Of a DNA stretch of 64,000 nt, positions 30,887 through 39,981 are shown piece after piece. The notes beneath the pieces were generated by a model. The model was not told where the DNA came from. It saw nothing but the letters and a program-made list of their open reading frames with translations, and made no database searches. The first letter of the stretch is position 1. Each line of letters starts with the position of its first letter. This DNA comes from Thermoanaerobaculia bacterium (GTDB lineage Bacteria; Acidobacteriota; Thermoanaerobaculia; Multivoradales; Multivoraceae), in NCBI GenBank assembly GCA_963664405.1, contig OY761158.1, forward strand, positions 3,328,001-3,392,000. Direction: 5' to 3'. A program made the position numbers and the translations under genes.

Positions 30887-31974
30887 TAATGGGTCTCGAG
30901 CAAGATCCGACTCGCCGCGTCGACGCCGCGCGGGTCATCGACATGGCCGCGACCCGAGCGCAGCAAAGCGGCGTGAGCAATCATCGCGGCGTTGTCACCG
31001 GAGTACGCAAGGGGAACGAGCCACAGCCTCAGCCCAGCGCTCTCCGCCCAGCGGGTCACTTCGCGGCGCAGCAGCCGATTCGCCGCCACCCCACCTGAAA
31101 CCGCCAGGGTCTCGAACGGACGGCGCCTATGAAGACGTCCAACTCTCTCCAGGAGCTGGGCGACCGCGGCTGCACGGAAACCCGCCATGAGATCGGCGAC
31201 CGCCTCAACCGGGCTGTGTCCCTCGGCCACGCTCGTTTCGATACCGCGCGCCTCGAGTCGATCGAGGTCGAGAAGCGCCTGGCTCTTGAGCCCCGAATAG
31301 GAAAAGTCGAGGCTGTCGCCACAAGTCGCAACGGTAAACGGGTGACGAGCGGCGTCACCAGCCTCCGCGAGCCGGTCGACCTCGGCACCCGCGGGAAATA
31401 CCAAACCAAGGCGCTTGCCGATCTTGTCGAAGGCCTCGCCCATAGCATCGTCACGAGTTTCGGCAATCGTATGCAGCTCTTCGCCGCCCCCTTGAACCTC
31501 GACCAGAAGAGTGTGCCCTCCCGATACGACCAGCCCGACGAAAGACTCCGGCGGTGGCGACGCGGGCTCGCCGTCGTCGCGAAGAAAAGGGGAAAAGAGA
31601 TGGCCCTCGAGATGATGAACTGCATGGAAGGGGAGCTTCAGCGCGAACGCCACGGCTTTGCCGAGAGAGAGTCCGACCAGAAGGGAGCCCACCAGTCCGG
31701 GGCCCCGAGTCGCCGCCACGAGCGTCACATCGTGGAGCGACATGCTCGCGCGAGCCAGTGCTTCTTCGCTCACCGCCGGCCAGTTGCGCAAGTGCTCCCT
31801 CGAAGCGATCTCGGGCACGACTCCACCCCACTCTCGATGGGCGATCTGGCTCGATACAACCGAGGAGATCACCCGCCCGCATCCATCGACCACGGCGCAA
31901 GCGGTGTCGTCACAAGAGGTCTCGATGCCCAGAACGACTGCATCAGGGCGGCTCTCATACGACTCGGAAACCAT
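30886..31974 (-). CDS. tsaD: tRNA threonylcarbamoyltransferase
   Basis: LGIETSCDDT, GGVVPEIASREH, HHLEGH, VSGGHT, DDAMGEAFDK, DNAAMIA. Confidence 0.96.
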   Translation of the reverse strand: MVSESYESRPDAVVLGIETSCDDTACAVVDGCGRVISSVVSSQIAHREWGGVVPEIASREHLRNWPAVSEEALARASMSLHDVTLVAATRGPGLVGSLLVGLSLGKAVAFALKLPFHAVHHLEGHLFSPFLRDDGEPASPPPESFVGLVVSGGHTLLVEVQGGGEELHTIAETRDDAMGEAFDKIGKRLGLVFPAGAEVDRLAEAGDAARHPFTVATCGDSLDFSYSGLKSQALLDLDRLEARGIETSVAEGHSPVEAVADLMAGFRAAAVAQLLERVGRLHRRRPFETLAVSGGVAANRLLRREVTRWAESAGLRLWLVPLAYSGDNAAMIAHAALLRSGRGHVDDPRGVDAASRILLETH

Positions 31975-32073
31975 CCTCGAAGTCTGTCACAGGGCACATG
32001 AGATCGGCTCGCCTTCTGTTATGATCGTCGTCTTCTCCGGCCGTCTTCAGGCCGCTCCTCCAAGCCGACGAGC

Positions 32074-33282
32074 ATGGCACGCCTGCGCAACCTGGACGAC
32101 CTTCTTGCGCAAGACCTCACGGGTGTTGGGGTCTTCCTGAGAGCCGACCTCAATTTACCCCGCTCCGGTAGCAAGATCCTCGACGACACTCGCATGCGCG
32201 CGACCCTGCCGACATTAAAAGCGCTCTCTGCGGCACAGGCACGAACTCTCGTCTTCTCGCACTACGGCCGGCCGCGGGGCGAGCGAAAGGCAGGGCTGAG
32301 CCTGGAGCCGCTGACCCCTCCGCTATCCCGACTCCTCGACGCCGAGGTCTCGTTCGCGCCGGAGTGCGTTGGCACCGTCGCTGCCGAGGCAGCCGCCAAC
32401 ACCCCCCCCGGTGGCTACTGCCTGTTCGAAAATCTTCGATTCCACGCCGGCGAAGAGAGTAACGACCCTGACTTCGCAAACGCGCTGAGTAGCCTGGCCG
32501 GGGCCTACATCAACGACGCCTTCGGCTGCTCCCACCGCGCCCACGCATCCATCGTCGGGGTTGCCGATCGTCTCGAGCGACACGCCGCCGGCCGTCTTCT
32601 GATCAGCGAAACGACCGCTCTTCAACGTCTACTCGAACGCCCAGAGCCGCCCTTCGTCGCCGTCGTCGGTGGAGCCAAGATCCGGAGCAAGATCGACACA
32701 CTCAGGAACCTCCTTTCCCGCCTCGACACCCTCCTCGTCGGTGGTGCAATGGCCAACACCCTTCTCGCCGCGCAGGGGCACGAGCTCGGCGCGTCAAGGG
32801 TCGCCGAGGATGAGCTGGATCTCGCCGGACGCTTGCTGGCAGACGCCGAGGCTCGCCAGGTCGAGGTCGTGCTACCCACCGATCTAGTGGTAACGGACCG
32901 CCCGGGCGAGGGACGCGAGGCGGACATCAAGACCGTAGCGGTCGAAGATGTGGGCGACGGCTGGATGGCCGTCGATCTGGGAGAGTCCACCCTAGCCGAG
33001 TTCGACCGCGCCCTCTCCAAGGCCGGCACCGTATTTTGGAACGGGCCAGTCGGCCTCTTCGAAACACCGCCCTTCGACCAGGGTAGTCGGCACTTGGCGT
33101 GCAGCCTCGCTGCAAGCTCGGCCTACACCGTAGTCGGAGGTGGGGAGACGGTGGCCGTGGTGAACCAGAGCGGCGTCGCTAAAGCCATCGACCACGTGTC
33201 TACCGGAGGTGGCGCGGCCCTCGATCTGCTCGCCGGTAAGGCCCTTCCTGGGGTCGAAGTCCTGATCGGGGGCACAGTGTGA
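32074..33282 (+). CDS. pgk: Phosphoglycerate kinase
   Basis: RADLNLP, SHYGRP, NDAFGCSHRAHAS, WNGPVG, HVSTGGGA. Confidence 0.96.
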   Translation: MARLRNLDDLLAQDLTGVGVFLRADLNLPRSGSKILDDTRMRATLPTLKALSAAQARTLVFSHYGRPRGERKAGLSLEPLTPPLSRLLDAEVSFAPECVGTVAAEAAANTPPGGYCLFENLRFHAGEESNDPDFANALSSLAGAYINDAFGCSHRAHASIVGVADRLERHAAGRLLISETTALQRLLERPEPPFVAVVGGAKIRSKIDTLRNLLSRLDTLLVGGAMANTLLAAQGHELGASRVAEDELDLAGRLLADAEARQVEVVLPTDLVVTDRPGEGREADIKTVAVEDVGDGWMAVDLGESTLAEFDRALSKAGTVFWNGPVGLFETPPFDQGSRHLACSLAASSAYTVVGGGETVAVVNQSGVAKAIDHVSTGGGAALDLLAGKALPGVEVLIGGTV

Positions 33283-34034
33283 GCGGGCGCGGCGTCATCG
33301 TTGCGGCAAACTGGAAAATGAACCTCCGCCGCGAAGAGGCGGTGGCTTACTGTGCAGAGCTGGCGGCGTTCTCGTCCGCTTCGCCAAGCGCCGAGGCAAT
33401 CGTATTTCCACCCTTCCCGCTTCTGTCGACCGTCAACGAAGGCCTTGCCGGCAGCGCCTTCGGCTGGGGCGGCCAGGACGTACACCCCGACGACAGCGGT
33501 GCTCACACCGGCGACACCTCTGCAGTCCATCTTCTCGATTGGGGCTGCCAGTGGGTGCTCTGCGGCCACAGTGAGCGCCGAGCGGATCACCACGAGAGTC
33601 CCGAGCTGGTGGGCGCCAAGGTAGCCGCCGCTCAACGCCATGGCATCACTCCGCTGCTCTGTGTCGGCGAGACCGAAGAAGAGCGCAACGAAGGCCGGAT
33701 GCAGGCGGTCCTAGATACGCAGCTGGCTGCCGCCCTACCGTCGAGCGGGAGCTGGGCCCTTGCCTACGAGCCGGTCTGGGCGATCGGCACCGGCCGCACG
33801 GCGACTCCCGAGATGGCGCAGGAGGCCCACGCATTTCTGCGCGAGACCGTCGCAGCTCGCCAGGGCAACAATGTTGCGGACACCCTGCTCATCCTTTACG
33901 GAGGCTCCGTCAAGCCGGCCAACTGCGAGACTCTACTCGAGCAAAAAGACGTCGACGGTTTCCTTGTCGGCGGCGCAGGCCTTGATCCAAACTCATTCCT
34001 CGATATCATTCGCCGTTGTGGCTCCGTGAGCTGA
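33279..34034 (+). CDS. tpiA: Triosephosphate isomerase
   Basis: ANWKMN, GHSERR, AYEPVWAIGTG, YGGSVK. Confidence 0.97.
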   Translation: MSGRGVIVAANWKMNLRREEAVAYCAELAAFSSASPSAEAIVFPPFPLLSTVNEGLAGSAFGWGGQDVHPDDSGAHTGDTSAVHLLDWGCQWVLCGHSERRADHHESPELVGAKVAAAQRHGITPLLCVGETEEERNEGRMQAVLDTQLAAALPSSGSWALAYEPVWAIGTGRTATPEMAQEAHAFLRETVAARQGNNVADTLLILYGGSVKPANCETLLEQKDVDGFLVGGAGLDPNSFLDIIRRCGSVS

Positions 34035-34055
34035 GCTGCTAGGAGGCAATCCAAC

Positions 34056-34496
34056 GTGATCTATTTCGTCTACACCGTTCACATTTTCATTTCTTTCTTC
34101 TTGATCCTGGTCGTCCTGCTCCAACAGGGTAAGGGCGCCGATCTCTCGGTCTTCGGCGGCGGTAGCACACAAGCCGCGTTCGGAGCTCGAGGTGCAGCCA
34201 CGATCCTGCACAAGCTCACAGTCGCCTGTTTCGTGCTCTTCATTGTCACGACGATGTCGATCGGCATCCTCCAGCGGGGCCAACGAACGTCATCGGTGAT
34301 GACGGACGTCGAGGCCGGTGAAGTGGAGGAGGAGGCCGCGGTTCCAGCCGCGACGGAGACCGATGCAGCGCCCGAGGCGGCGCTCGAAGCGGCTGCCGAG
34401 GCCCCAGCGCCAACCGACCCGGGACCGGGAGCAGAAGAAGCGGCCGCGGAGGCCTCGGACACCCCTGTGGAGGCGGCCCCCGAAAGCGAGAATTGA
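34056..34496 (+). CDS. secG: Preprotein translocase subunit SecG
   Basis: VVLLQQGKGADL, FGARGAATIL; tpiA-secG-tRNA-Leu synteny. Confidence 0.93.
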   Translation: MIYFVYTVHIFISFFLILVVLLQQGKGADLSVFGGGSTQAAFGARGAATILHKLTVACFVLFIVTTMSIGILQRGQRTSSVMTDVEAGEVEEEAAVPAATETDAAPEAALEAAAEAPAPTDPGPGAEEAAAEASDTPVEAAPESEN

Positions 34497-34551
34497 CGAG
34501 ACGATTGTTGCCCTGACAGTGGGTTGGTGTCCTGCTAGACTCGCGCCCCAC

Positions 34552-34636
34552 GCCGAAGTGGCGGAATTGGTAGACGCGCACGGTTGAGGGCCGTGTGGGG
34601 TGACCCGTGCCGGTTCGAGTCCGGCCTTCGGCACCA
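34552..34636 (+). tRNA. tRNA-Leu(GAG)
   Basis: GCCGAAGTGGCGGAATTGGTAGACGCG-CACGGTT-GAG-GGCCGTG, long variable arm, GGTTCGAGTCC...CGGCACCA. Confidence 0.96.
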
Positions 34637-34668
34637 GTAACAAGTTCTCAGAAAGAGGGTCAAGCGAT

Positions 34669-35295
34669 ATGTCGAGCGAGACGGCAGAAGACAGCGGCGC
34701 CAACCAAGCGAGCGAGCCCTCGGAAGAAGAAAAGCAGAAAGCCATAGCGGCCGCCAAGGCTGCAGCTGCCGCCAAAGCCAAGGCTGAAGAGGCTCCACCC
34801 CGACCCCTTCCCTCTCCCGAGGCGATCGAGGCCTGGGCCGGCGGCGCCGACGCCAACGTGGGCATCCTCTTCGAGGACTTGAAGCTCGCCCGCTACGACG
34901 CCTTCAACATGCAGATTCGAGCCAAGGAGCTCGTAGCGCAGCATTGGCAGGTGATCACCGCCATGCAAGCGCCAGACGACGCCGAGTTCGACACGCTGCC
35001 TGAAGTTGGACGGCTGCGCAAGCACTACAAAGATCAGGAGCTCGCTCGCCGGAGGCTCTCGAACCTCCGAGTAGCGTGGCGGGAGCTTCGCGGCAAGCGC
35101 CCGAACCTGTGGGCGGTCCCTGATCTTCTCGCGGCCCTGCGACGCATCCTCGACAAGGGGTTGGAGGTCGACTACAACGAGCTCCTCGCCGCCGCTCGTG
35201 ACTTGTGGAGTACGAGTAGCTCGGAAGCAGGGCAGTCTCAGGTGGCCCAGCTCGAAGCCTGCCTAGCGCTGATTCGTAAGGGCACGAAGAAGTAG
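34669..35295 (+). CDS. Hypothetical helical protein
   Basis: GAGGG RBS, GC3-rich codon usage, Ala/Lys/Glu-rich N-terminus; no family recognised. Confidence 0.65.
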   Translation: MSSETAEDSGANQASEPSEEEKQKAIAAAKAAAAAKAKAEEAPPRPLPSPEAIEAWAGGADANVGILFEDLKLARYDAFNMQIRAKELVAQHWQVITAMQAPDDAEFDTLPEVGRLRKHYKDQELARRRLSNLRVAWRELRGKRPNLWAVPDLLAALRRILDKGLEVDYNELLAAARDLWSTSSSEAGQSQVAQLEACLALIRKGTKK

Positions 35296-35364
35296 CCGCG
35301 AGGCGCGACCGGCTTGCAGGGCCCCAAATGGGCCTCGCGCCGGCAAGAGCAGGCGACTCGCCGT

Positions 35365-35943
35365 CTACCGCGCAGCGCCGTCTAGCCTCACCGACTCGAT
35401 TACGACGGTTTCCTTCGGCACGTTCTGGAGGCCGTTCTTGTTTCCGGTCGCGACGCCGGAGATCTTGTCGACCGTGTCGAGCCCCTCGACCACCTTGCCG
35501 AACACGGCGTAACCCCAACCCTGTCCCTTGTCGGTGTGGTCGAGCATGCGACGGTTATCCACTGAATTGATGAAGAACTGAGCGGTCGCGCTATCGGGGG
35601 CGTTGGTGCGAGCCATTGAAATGGTGCCACGCTCATTGGATACACCGTTATCGGCCTCGTTCTTGATCGGAGCGCGAGTGTCCGTTTTTTTTACCAGGTT
35701 GGCATCGAAACCGCCGCCCTGGATCATGAATTCGGGAATGACGCGATGGAACACCGTGCCGTCATAGTATTTGGCGTCTACGTACTCTAGGAAGTTCTTC
35801 ACCGTGCCGGGCGCCTTGTCGGCGTAGAGCTCCAGAACGATGGTCCCCTGGGTGGTCTTCATCGTAACTCGAGGGTTCTCGGCAGTGGCAGCGGTGGCCA
35901 AGAGACCGAAACAGACAAGCGAAAGCAGCAGTCGTTGCAGCAT
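35365..35943 (-). CDS. Cyclophilin-type peptidyl-prolyl isomerase, exported
   Basis: Signal peptide; FHRVIPEFMIQGGG, SMART, SATAQFFIN, GYAVFGKV. Confidence 0.93.
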   Translation of the reverse strand: MLQRLLLSLVCFGLLATAATAENPRVTMKTTQGTIVLELYADKAPGTVKNFLEYVDAKYYDGTVFHRVIPEFMIQGGGFDANLVKKTDTRAPIKNEADNGVSNERGTISMARTNAPDSATAQFFINSVDNRRMLDHTDKGQGWGYAVFGKVVEGLDTVDKISGVATGNKNGLQNVPKETVVIESVRLDGAAR

Positions 35944-35977
35944 TTTTCCTCCGGCGTCGGACATTAACATGCCACCC

Positions 35978-37201
35978 ATGGACAGCGGACTCGACCTCTC
36001 ACCCCTACCCTTGAATCAGCGACGGTCGTCCGTTCTCGATGTGCTGTTGGTCTTCGCCGGAGCCAACATCGTCACCACGACATTGGTCACCGGTGGCTCG
36101 ATCGGAACCTCGTTCTCGCTCGCGGACGGTGCCGCCGTTGTCTTCATCGGCACTCTCGTTGGCACCGGTATTCTCGCGCTCCTATCTCGCCTCGGGCCTC
36201 GTTTCGCCGTACCGAGCATGGTGCTGCTGCGCCAGCCCTTCGGCGATCGTGGTTCCCAGGCAATCTCGCTGCTGCTGGTGCTGACGAACTTCGCCTGGAT
36301 CGCGCTGAATAACGTAATCGCCGGCAAGGCCCTCGCCAATCTGGCCGGCGGTGAGGAGTGGCTTTGGTCTGTCGCCGTCGGCGCGGCCGCGGTTGCTCTT
36401 ACTCTCTACGGTCCTCGGGCAATGGCCCTCTTCAACCGATTCGCGGTGCCTCTACTCGTGGTGGTCGGCGTCGCACTCACCGTGGCGCTGTCTACGGCCG
36501 AGAATCGAGCTCGTCTGGCGCTGCCGGGTACGGGATCGCTGAGCTGGCTCGGCGGCCTCGACCTGGTCATCGGCTACCAGGTGAGCTGGAGTCTCATGTT
36601 CGCGGACTACACCCGCTTTCAGCGTCGCGAGAGCCGCGCTGCATTGGCCGTCTTTCTGGGCATGACCCTCAGTAGCATGTGGTTGATGACCCTCGGCGCC
36701 GCCGCCGGCAAAATCGGTGGCGCCAACGACCCCACCGCGATGATCCTGGGTGTCGGACTGCCGATCGCGGCCCTCCTGTTGATGGCGCTCTCAACGATCA
36801 CGACCAACTTCGTGAATCTCTATCTGTCCTCGTTGGCGGTCCGCAATCTGTGGAGCGCGGCGCCGGCGGCGCGTACGGTTCTGACCCTTGGCGCCATTGG
36901 GACCGCACTCGGACTCGCCTCACCGAACCTGCTCGACAGCTACGCCGGATTCATGGGCTGGATCGGATCGAGCTTCCTGCCGATCGTTGCCATCGTCATC
37001 GTGCATTTCTTCTCGCTCCACCGAGAACCGGACCTACCCGCCACTCGCACAGGGTCGATCGCCGCGATGGCGGCGTGGGCAGCGGGCGTCGCCACCTATC
37101 TGCTAGCTCTGCACGTCTACTCGAACTGGGGTGCGACGCTGCCGACCCTGTTGGTCTCAGGCCTCTGCTACCGGATACTCTGCCGCCCTTCGAGAGACTG
37201 A
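35978..37201 (+). CDS. NCS1/cytosine permease family transporter (CytX-like)
   Basis: ~12 TM helices; SWSLMFADYTRF, STITTNFVNLY. Confidence 0.8.
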   Translation: MDSGLDLSPLPLNQRRSSVLDVLLVFAGANIVTTTLVTGGSIGTSFSLADGAAVVFIGTLVGTGILALLSRLGPRFAVPSMVLLRQPFGDRGSQAISLLLVLTNFAWIALNNVIAGKALANLAGGEEWLWSVAVGAAAVALTLYGPRAMALFNRFAVPLLVVVGVALTVALSTAENRARLALPGTGSLSWLGGLDLVIGYQVSWSLMFADYTRFQRRESRAALAVFLGMTLSSMWLMTLGAAAGKIGGANDPTAMILGVGLPIAALLLMALSTITTNFVNLYLSSLAVRNLWSAAPAARTVLTLGAIGTALGLASPNLLDSYAGFMGWIGSSFLPIVAIVIVHFFSLHREPDLPATRTGSIAAMAAWAAGVATYLLALHVYSNWGATLPTLLVSGLCYRILCRPSRD

Positions 37202-37206
37202 CACCT

Positions 37207-37441
37207 GCGCCGTCCTCGGCGCCACGTCCTTTGGCCGAAGGAAGGCGAGCTGTCTCCAATAGCTCAAACTCGTGACCCATGAGTCAAGTCTTCCCTGGTG
37301 CGAGCTCGTGCCGGTGAGGTGGGGTGCCCTGGACGCCCGGCCGCTAGGAGTCTGTCCGAGTATTCGGACAGGCGAGTAGTTCTCAGGCGGGGATGGGCCG
37401 GAGAACGGGCCGAAGGCGCGTTCTCCGGGGCTAGGAGCGTG
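37207..37441. repeat. Cluster of REP-like modules flanking the IS1111 insertion
   Basis: GCGCCGTCCTCGGCGCC, CGGTGAGGTGGGGTGCCCTGG, CTAGGAGTCTGTCCGAGTATTCG, GCCGGAGAACG..CGTTCTCCGGGGCTA. Confidence 0.65.
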
Positions 37442-37529
37442 TATCTGGACTCCAATGTCAACAGGGGTGGGTCGGTCTTCTTGTTCTTCGATAGAGGTTT
37501 CCTTGGTGTGTAATCACAGGCAGTATGGA

Positions 37530-37710
37530 GGTCGATGGTGAGTCAAGACAGCAGACGTATCTCCGGCCTGTAGTGGGCGATTATTAGCGCCGGGCCATGA
37601 TGAAGAAATGCGCGTGAGGGAGCCGAATCGTCCGAAAGGGCCTCGAAGGCCAACGCTCCTATCGGCTTTTCCCCCCACGCCAGTCTGACTGGAAACCATC
37701 AGAATTCTCT
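37530..37710 (-). ncRNA. Putative bridge RNA / seekRNA of the IS1111 element
   Basis: Two internal loops carrying TAGGAGCGT + TCGGAC (match target) and TTCATCAT + AGATA (match element ends); boundaries approximate. Confidence 0.75.
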
Positions 37711-37790
37711 ACTCGCGCTGTCGGAGTGTTTGTGAGTGTTCAATTTGAAGTCTTCGGGTGCGTTGGGGTCCAGAGATCGAGGCCAAGGGC

Positions 37791-38831
37791 TCAGGCCGTG
37801 ACTTGCCGTGGAGGCTGCAGCTGGAAGGAGGTCTCGTGGGTCCAGACCGCCCAGACAACGCGTGCGAGCTTGTTGGCGAGGGCAACGGCGGCCCGGTTCC
37901 GTCCCCGCGAGCTCTCGACTCTGAGGGCCCACTGTTCGAGCCTACCGGCGGGTCCCTTTCTCCTCGCCCAGCTGAGCACCGACCTGGCGCCATGAATGAG
38001 GAGAGTTCGTAAGTACGCGTCCCCGCGTTTGCTGATCCTGCCGAGCCACCGCCGAGCGCCACTGGAGTGTTCCCTAGGAGTCAGTCCGAGATAGCTGGCG
38101 AGATGCCGGCCGCTTTTGAAGCGGCGAATGTCTCCGATCCAAGCGACCATGGCTGTGGCCGTGAGTACGCCTACGCCCTTGATCGTCAGGAGTCGCTTCA
38201 CGGCCTCGTCCTGGCGCGCGAGGGCTTGGATCTGTGCCTCGAGCTCTTGGATCTTCGTGGTCAGCTCGTCGATGTGGTCACAGATGCTTTCGAAAAAGGG
38301 TCGCAAGACGAGCGGGATCTCGGTATCCGGATCCGCGAGCCAGACGCGGACGCGCGGCAGGACCTGGGCGCGTCCCTGGGGCAGAAAGAGCCCGAGCTCT
38401 CGTAGGTGCCCGCGCAGAGCATTGATGTGGGCGGTGCGATCGTCCATGAACGACGAACGGATGCGATGGAGCGTGGTCATCGTCTGCTGCTCGAGCGATT
38501 TGACCGGCACGGGTAGGATGTCCTCGTTTCGATGCGCCTCGAGCATGCCCGTGGTATCCGTTCGATCCGATTTATTGCGCAACACATAGCGCCGGGTGAA
38601 ATGCGGTGGCAGCAGGATCACCTCGTGGCCGAGACTCTGAATACGCCGGCCCCAGTAGTGCGCCGAACCGCAGGCTTCCATGAGGACGGTCGCGGGCTTG
38701 ATCTGCGCGAAGAACCTGAGGAATTTCGCCCTGCGCACGCGCTGCCTCTCGGCGACCTTACCCGGCTCGTAAGACACCGCGATCTCGAAGACATCCTTGG
38801 CGATATCGACTGCGATACGTGTACTCTTCAT
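37791..38831 (-). CDS. IS110 DEDD transposase/recombinase
   Basis: AVDIAK, LMEACG, KSDRTD, YLGLTPREHSSG, ISKRGDAYLR, VALANKLAR. Confidence 0.95.
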   Translation of the reverse strand: MKSTRIAVDIAKDVFEIAVSYEPGKVAERQRVRRAKFLRFFAQIKPATVLMEACGSAHYWGRRIQSLGHEVILLPPHFTRRYVLRNKSDRTDTTGMLEAHRNEDILPVPVKSLEQQTMTTLHRIRSSFMDDRTAHINALRGHLRELGLFLPQGRAQVLPRVRVWLADPDTEIPLVLRPFFESICDHIDELTTKIQELEAQIQALARQDEAVKRLLTIKGVGVLTATAMVAWIGDIRRFKSGRHLASYLGLTPREHSSGARRWLGRISKRGDAYLRTLLIHGARSVLSWARRKGPAGRLEQWALRVESSRGRNRAAVALANKLARVVWAVWTHETSFQLQPPRQVTA

Positions 38832-38920
38832 CGTGGACTCCCTTTCTACGATCAACGTTTGCGACTTAGGTGACCCCTGGCACATAGATGCCGAAGTCAC
38901 CGGGGAGTCCATTTCATCAT

Positions 38921-39040
38921 CCGAGTATTCGTCCTGAGCCGTTTCCGTGAGCGAATAGGAAGCAACGCCCAAGTGCGCCGTCCTCGGCGCCGAAAGACAA
39001 CTAGGCGGAGGAAATGATAGCCATCATTTCTGGAGCCTAG
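38921..39040. repeat. Remainder of the REP-like unit interrupted by IS1111
   Basis: CCGAGTATTCG...GCGCCGTCCTCGGCGCC...CTAGGC-GAAATGAT/ATCATTTC-GCCTAG hairpin ending at the yidD stop. Confidence 0.65.
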
Positions 39041-39417
39041 GGCGGGTCCTCGGTTCCTCGGGTCGTCCAGGGGCCGCACTTGAGAAGGCGAACCATCGAG
39101 CGCGCCGTGCCTCTGGCAGCGCCGTACTTTTCGATCGATGCCGCCGCATATCGGCTGCATGTGGGAGTGAAGCGGCAGTGCACTCCCAAAACCGGCATCA
39201 CCCTCGACAGGGTTGCCTGGTAGGCGTGAATGCCGCCGAGAAAGAGGCGTCCCGTCCACTGCTGCTGTGGAGCCCGAGCGAGATCGAAGAACAGCAAGAA
39301 GGCGGCCGCGGGCGCAATCAGAAGCCTCCATCGACGAGGCCGAACCGACGCGACCGCCACAGCCCTCTCGTCCGCGCCCGCGACACGACCGGCATCCCCG
39401 GCCGTGTCGGGGCTCAT
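39037..39417 (-). CDS. yidD: Membrane protein insertion efficiency factor
   Basis: IHAYQ, CRFTPTCSRYA, RLLKCGPW, GTEDPP. Confidence 0.85.
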   Translation of the reverse strand: MSPDTAGDAGRVAGADERAVAVASVRPRRWRLLIAPAAAFLLFFDLARAPQQQWTGRLFLGGIHAYQATLSRVMPVLGVHCRFTPTCSRYAAASIEKYGAARGTARSMVRLLKCGPWTTRGTEDPP

Positions 39418-39427
39418 CCCTTGCGTT

Positions 39428-39853
39428 TCAAAAACGGTCGGCGTACTGGCTGACTCCGGGAACGAGAAAACGCCCGCCACCGACGCCTTTGACAATACAC
39501 ACCACGCGGACGACGAGAGTGGCGATCCAAACCGGAATCATCGCCAACGCTCCTAGGCAACCGAGGCCGGGGATCATCGAAATTACCGTGAAGGCAACCC
39601 ACAAGATGATCTCCGCGACCAAGAGTACGAGCCCGTGCTTGGCATGCCACTGCACCTCTTTGTCTTCCTTCTCTACCAGCAGTGGTACCAACGCCAGAAT
39701 CCACAGGTAGGACAAGACGACCATGACCGTGTTTACATTGCCCTCTCCTCCTCCGGCGGAGGCTGAGGGTGGTGGCGGCGGCCCTCCCGAGGGAGGCTGA
39801 GGTGGTTCAGGCGGACCCGGCGGCGGCGGCGGCGGGGTTTCGGGCTCACTCAT
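39428..39853 (-). CDS. DUF4870-like membrane protein
   Basis: Pro-rich N-terminus, VLSYLWIL, EVQWHAKHGL, 3 TM. Confidence 0.75.
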   Translation of the reverse strand: MSEPETPPPPPPGPPEPPQPPSGGPPPPPSASAGGGEGNVNTVMVVLSYLWILALVPLLVEKEDKEVQWHAKHGLVLLVAEIILWVAFTVISMIPGLGCLGALAMIPVWIATLVVRVVCIVKGVGGGRFLVPGVSQYADRF

Positions 39854-39981
39854 GATAGTCCTCTCCTTAAGCGGAAGGCGCGTCTCGGGCCTTCCCGTTG
39901 CAACGAAGGGTGAACCTCCGCAGTTTAGCCGACAGCCCAAGTCCGCCACAAGCGCGCCTCTCCAGACGCCCCAAACCCTCC

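Larger units (their letters stand above)
37442..38920 (-). mobile_element. IS110-family element, IS1111 type
   Basis: Subterminal inverted repeats TGGACTCC (37446-37453) / GGAGTCCA (38904-38911); long non-coding region downstream of the transposase; flanks rejoin into a repeat unit. Confidence 0.9.

Noticed and set aside
35944-35977. TPP riboswitch ahead of the CytX-like permease or thiG
   Set aside because: No room or consensus (CTGAGA...CCTGA) upstream; the permease appears leaderless
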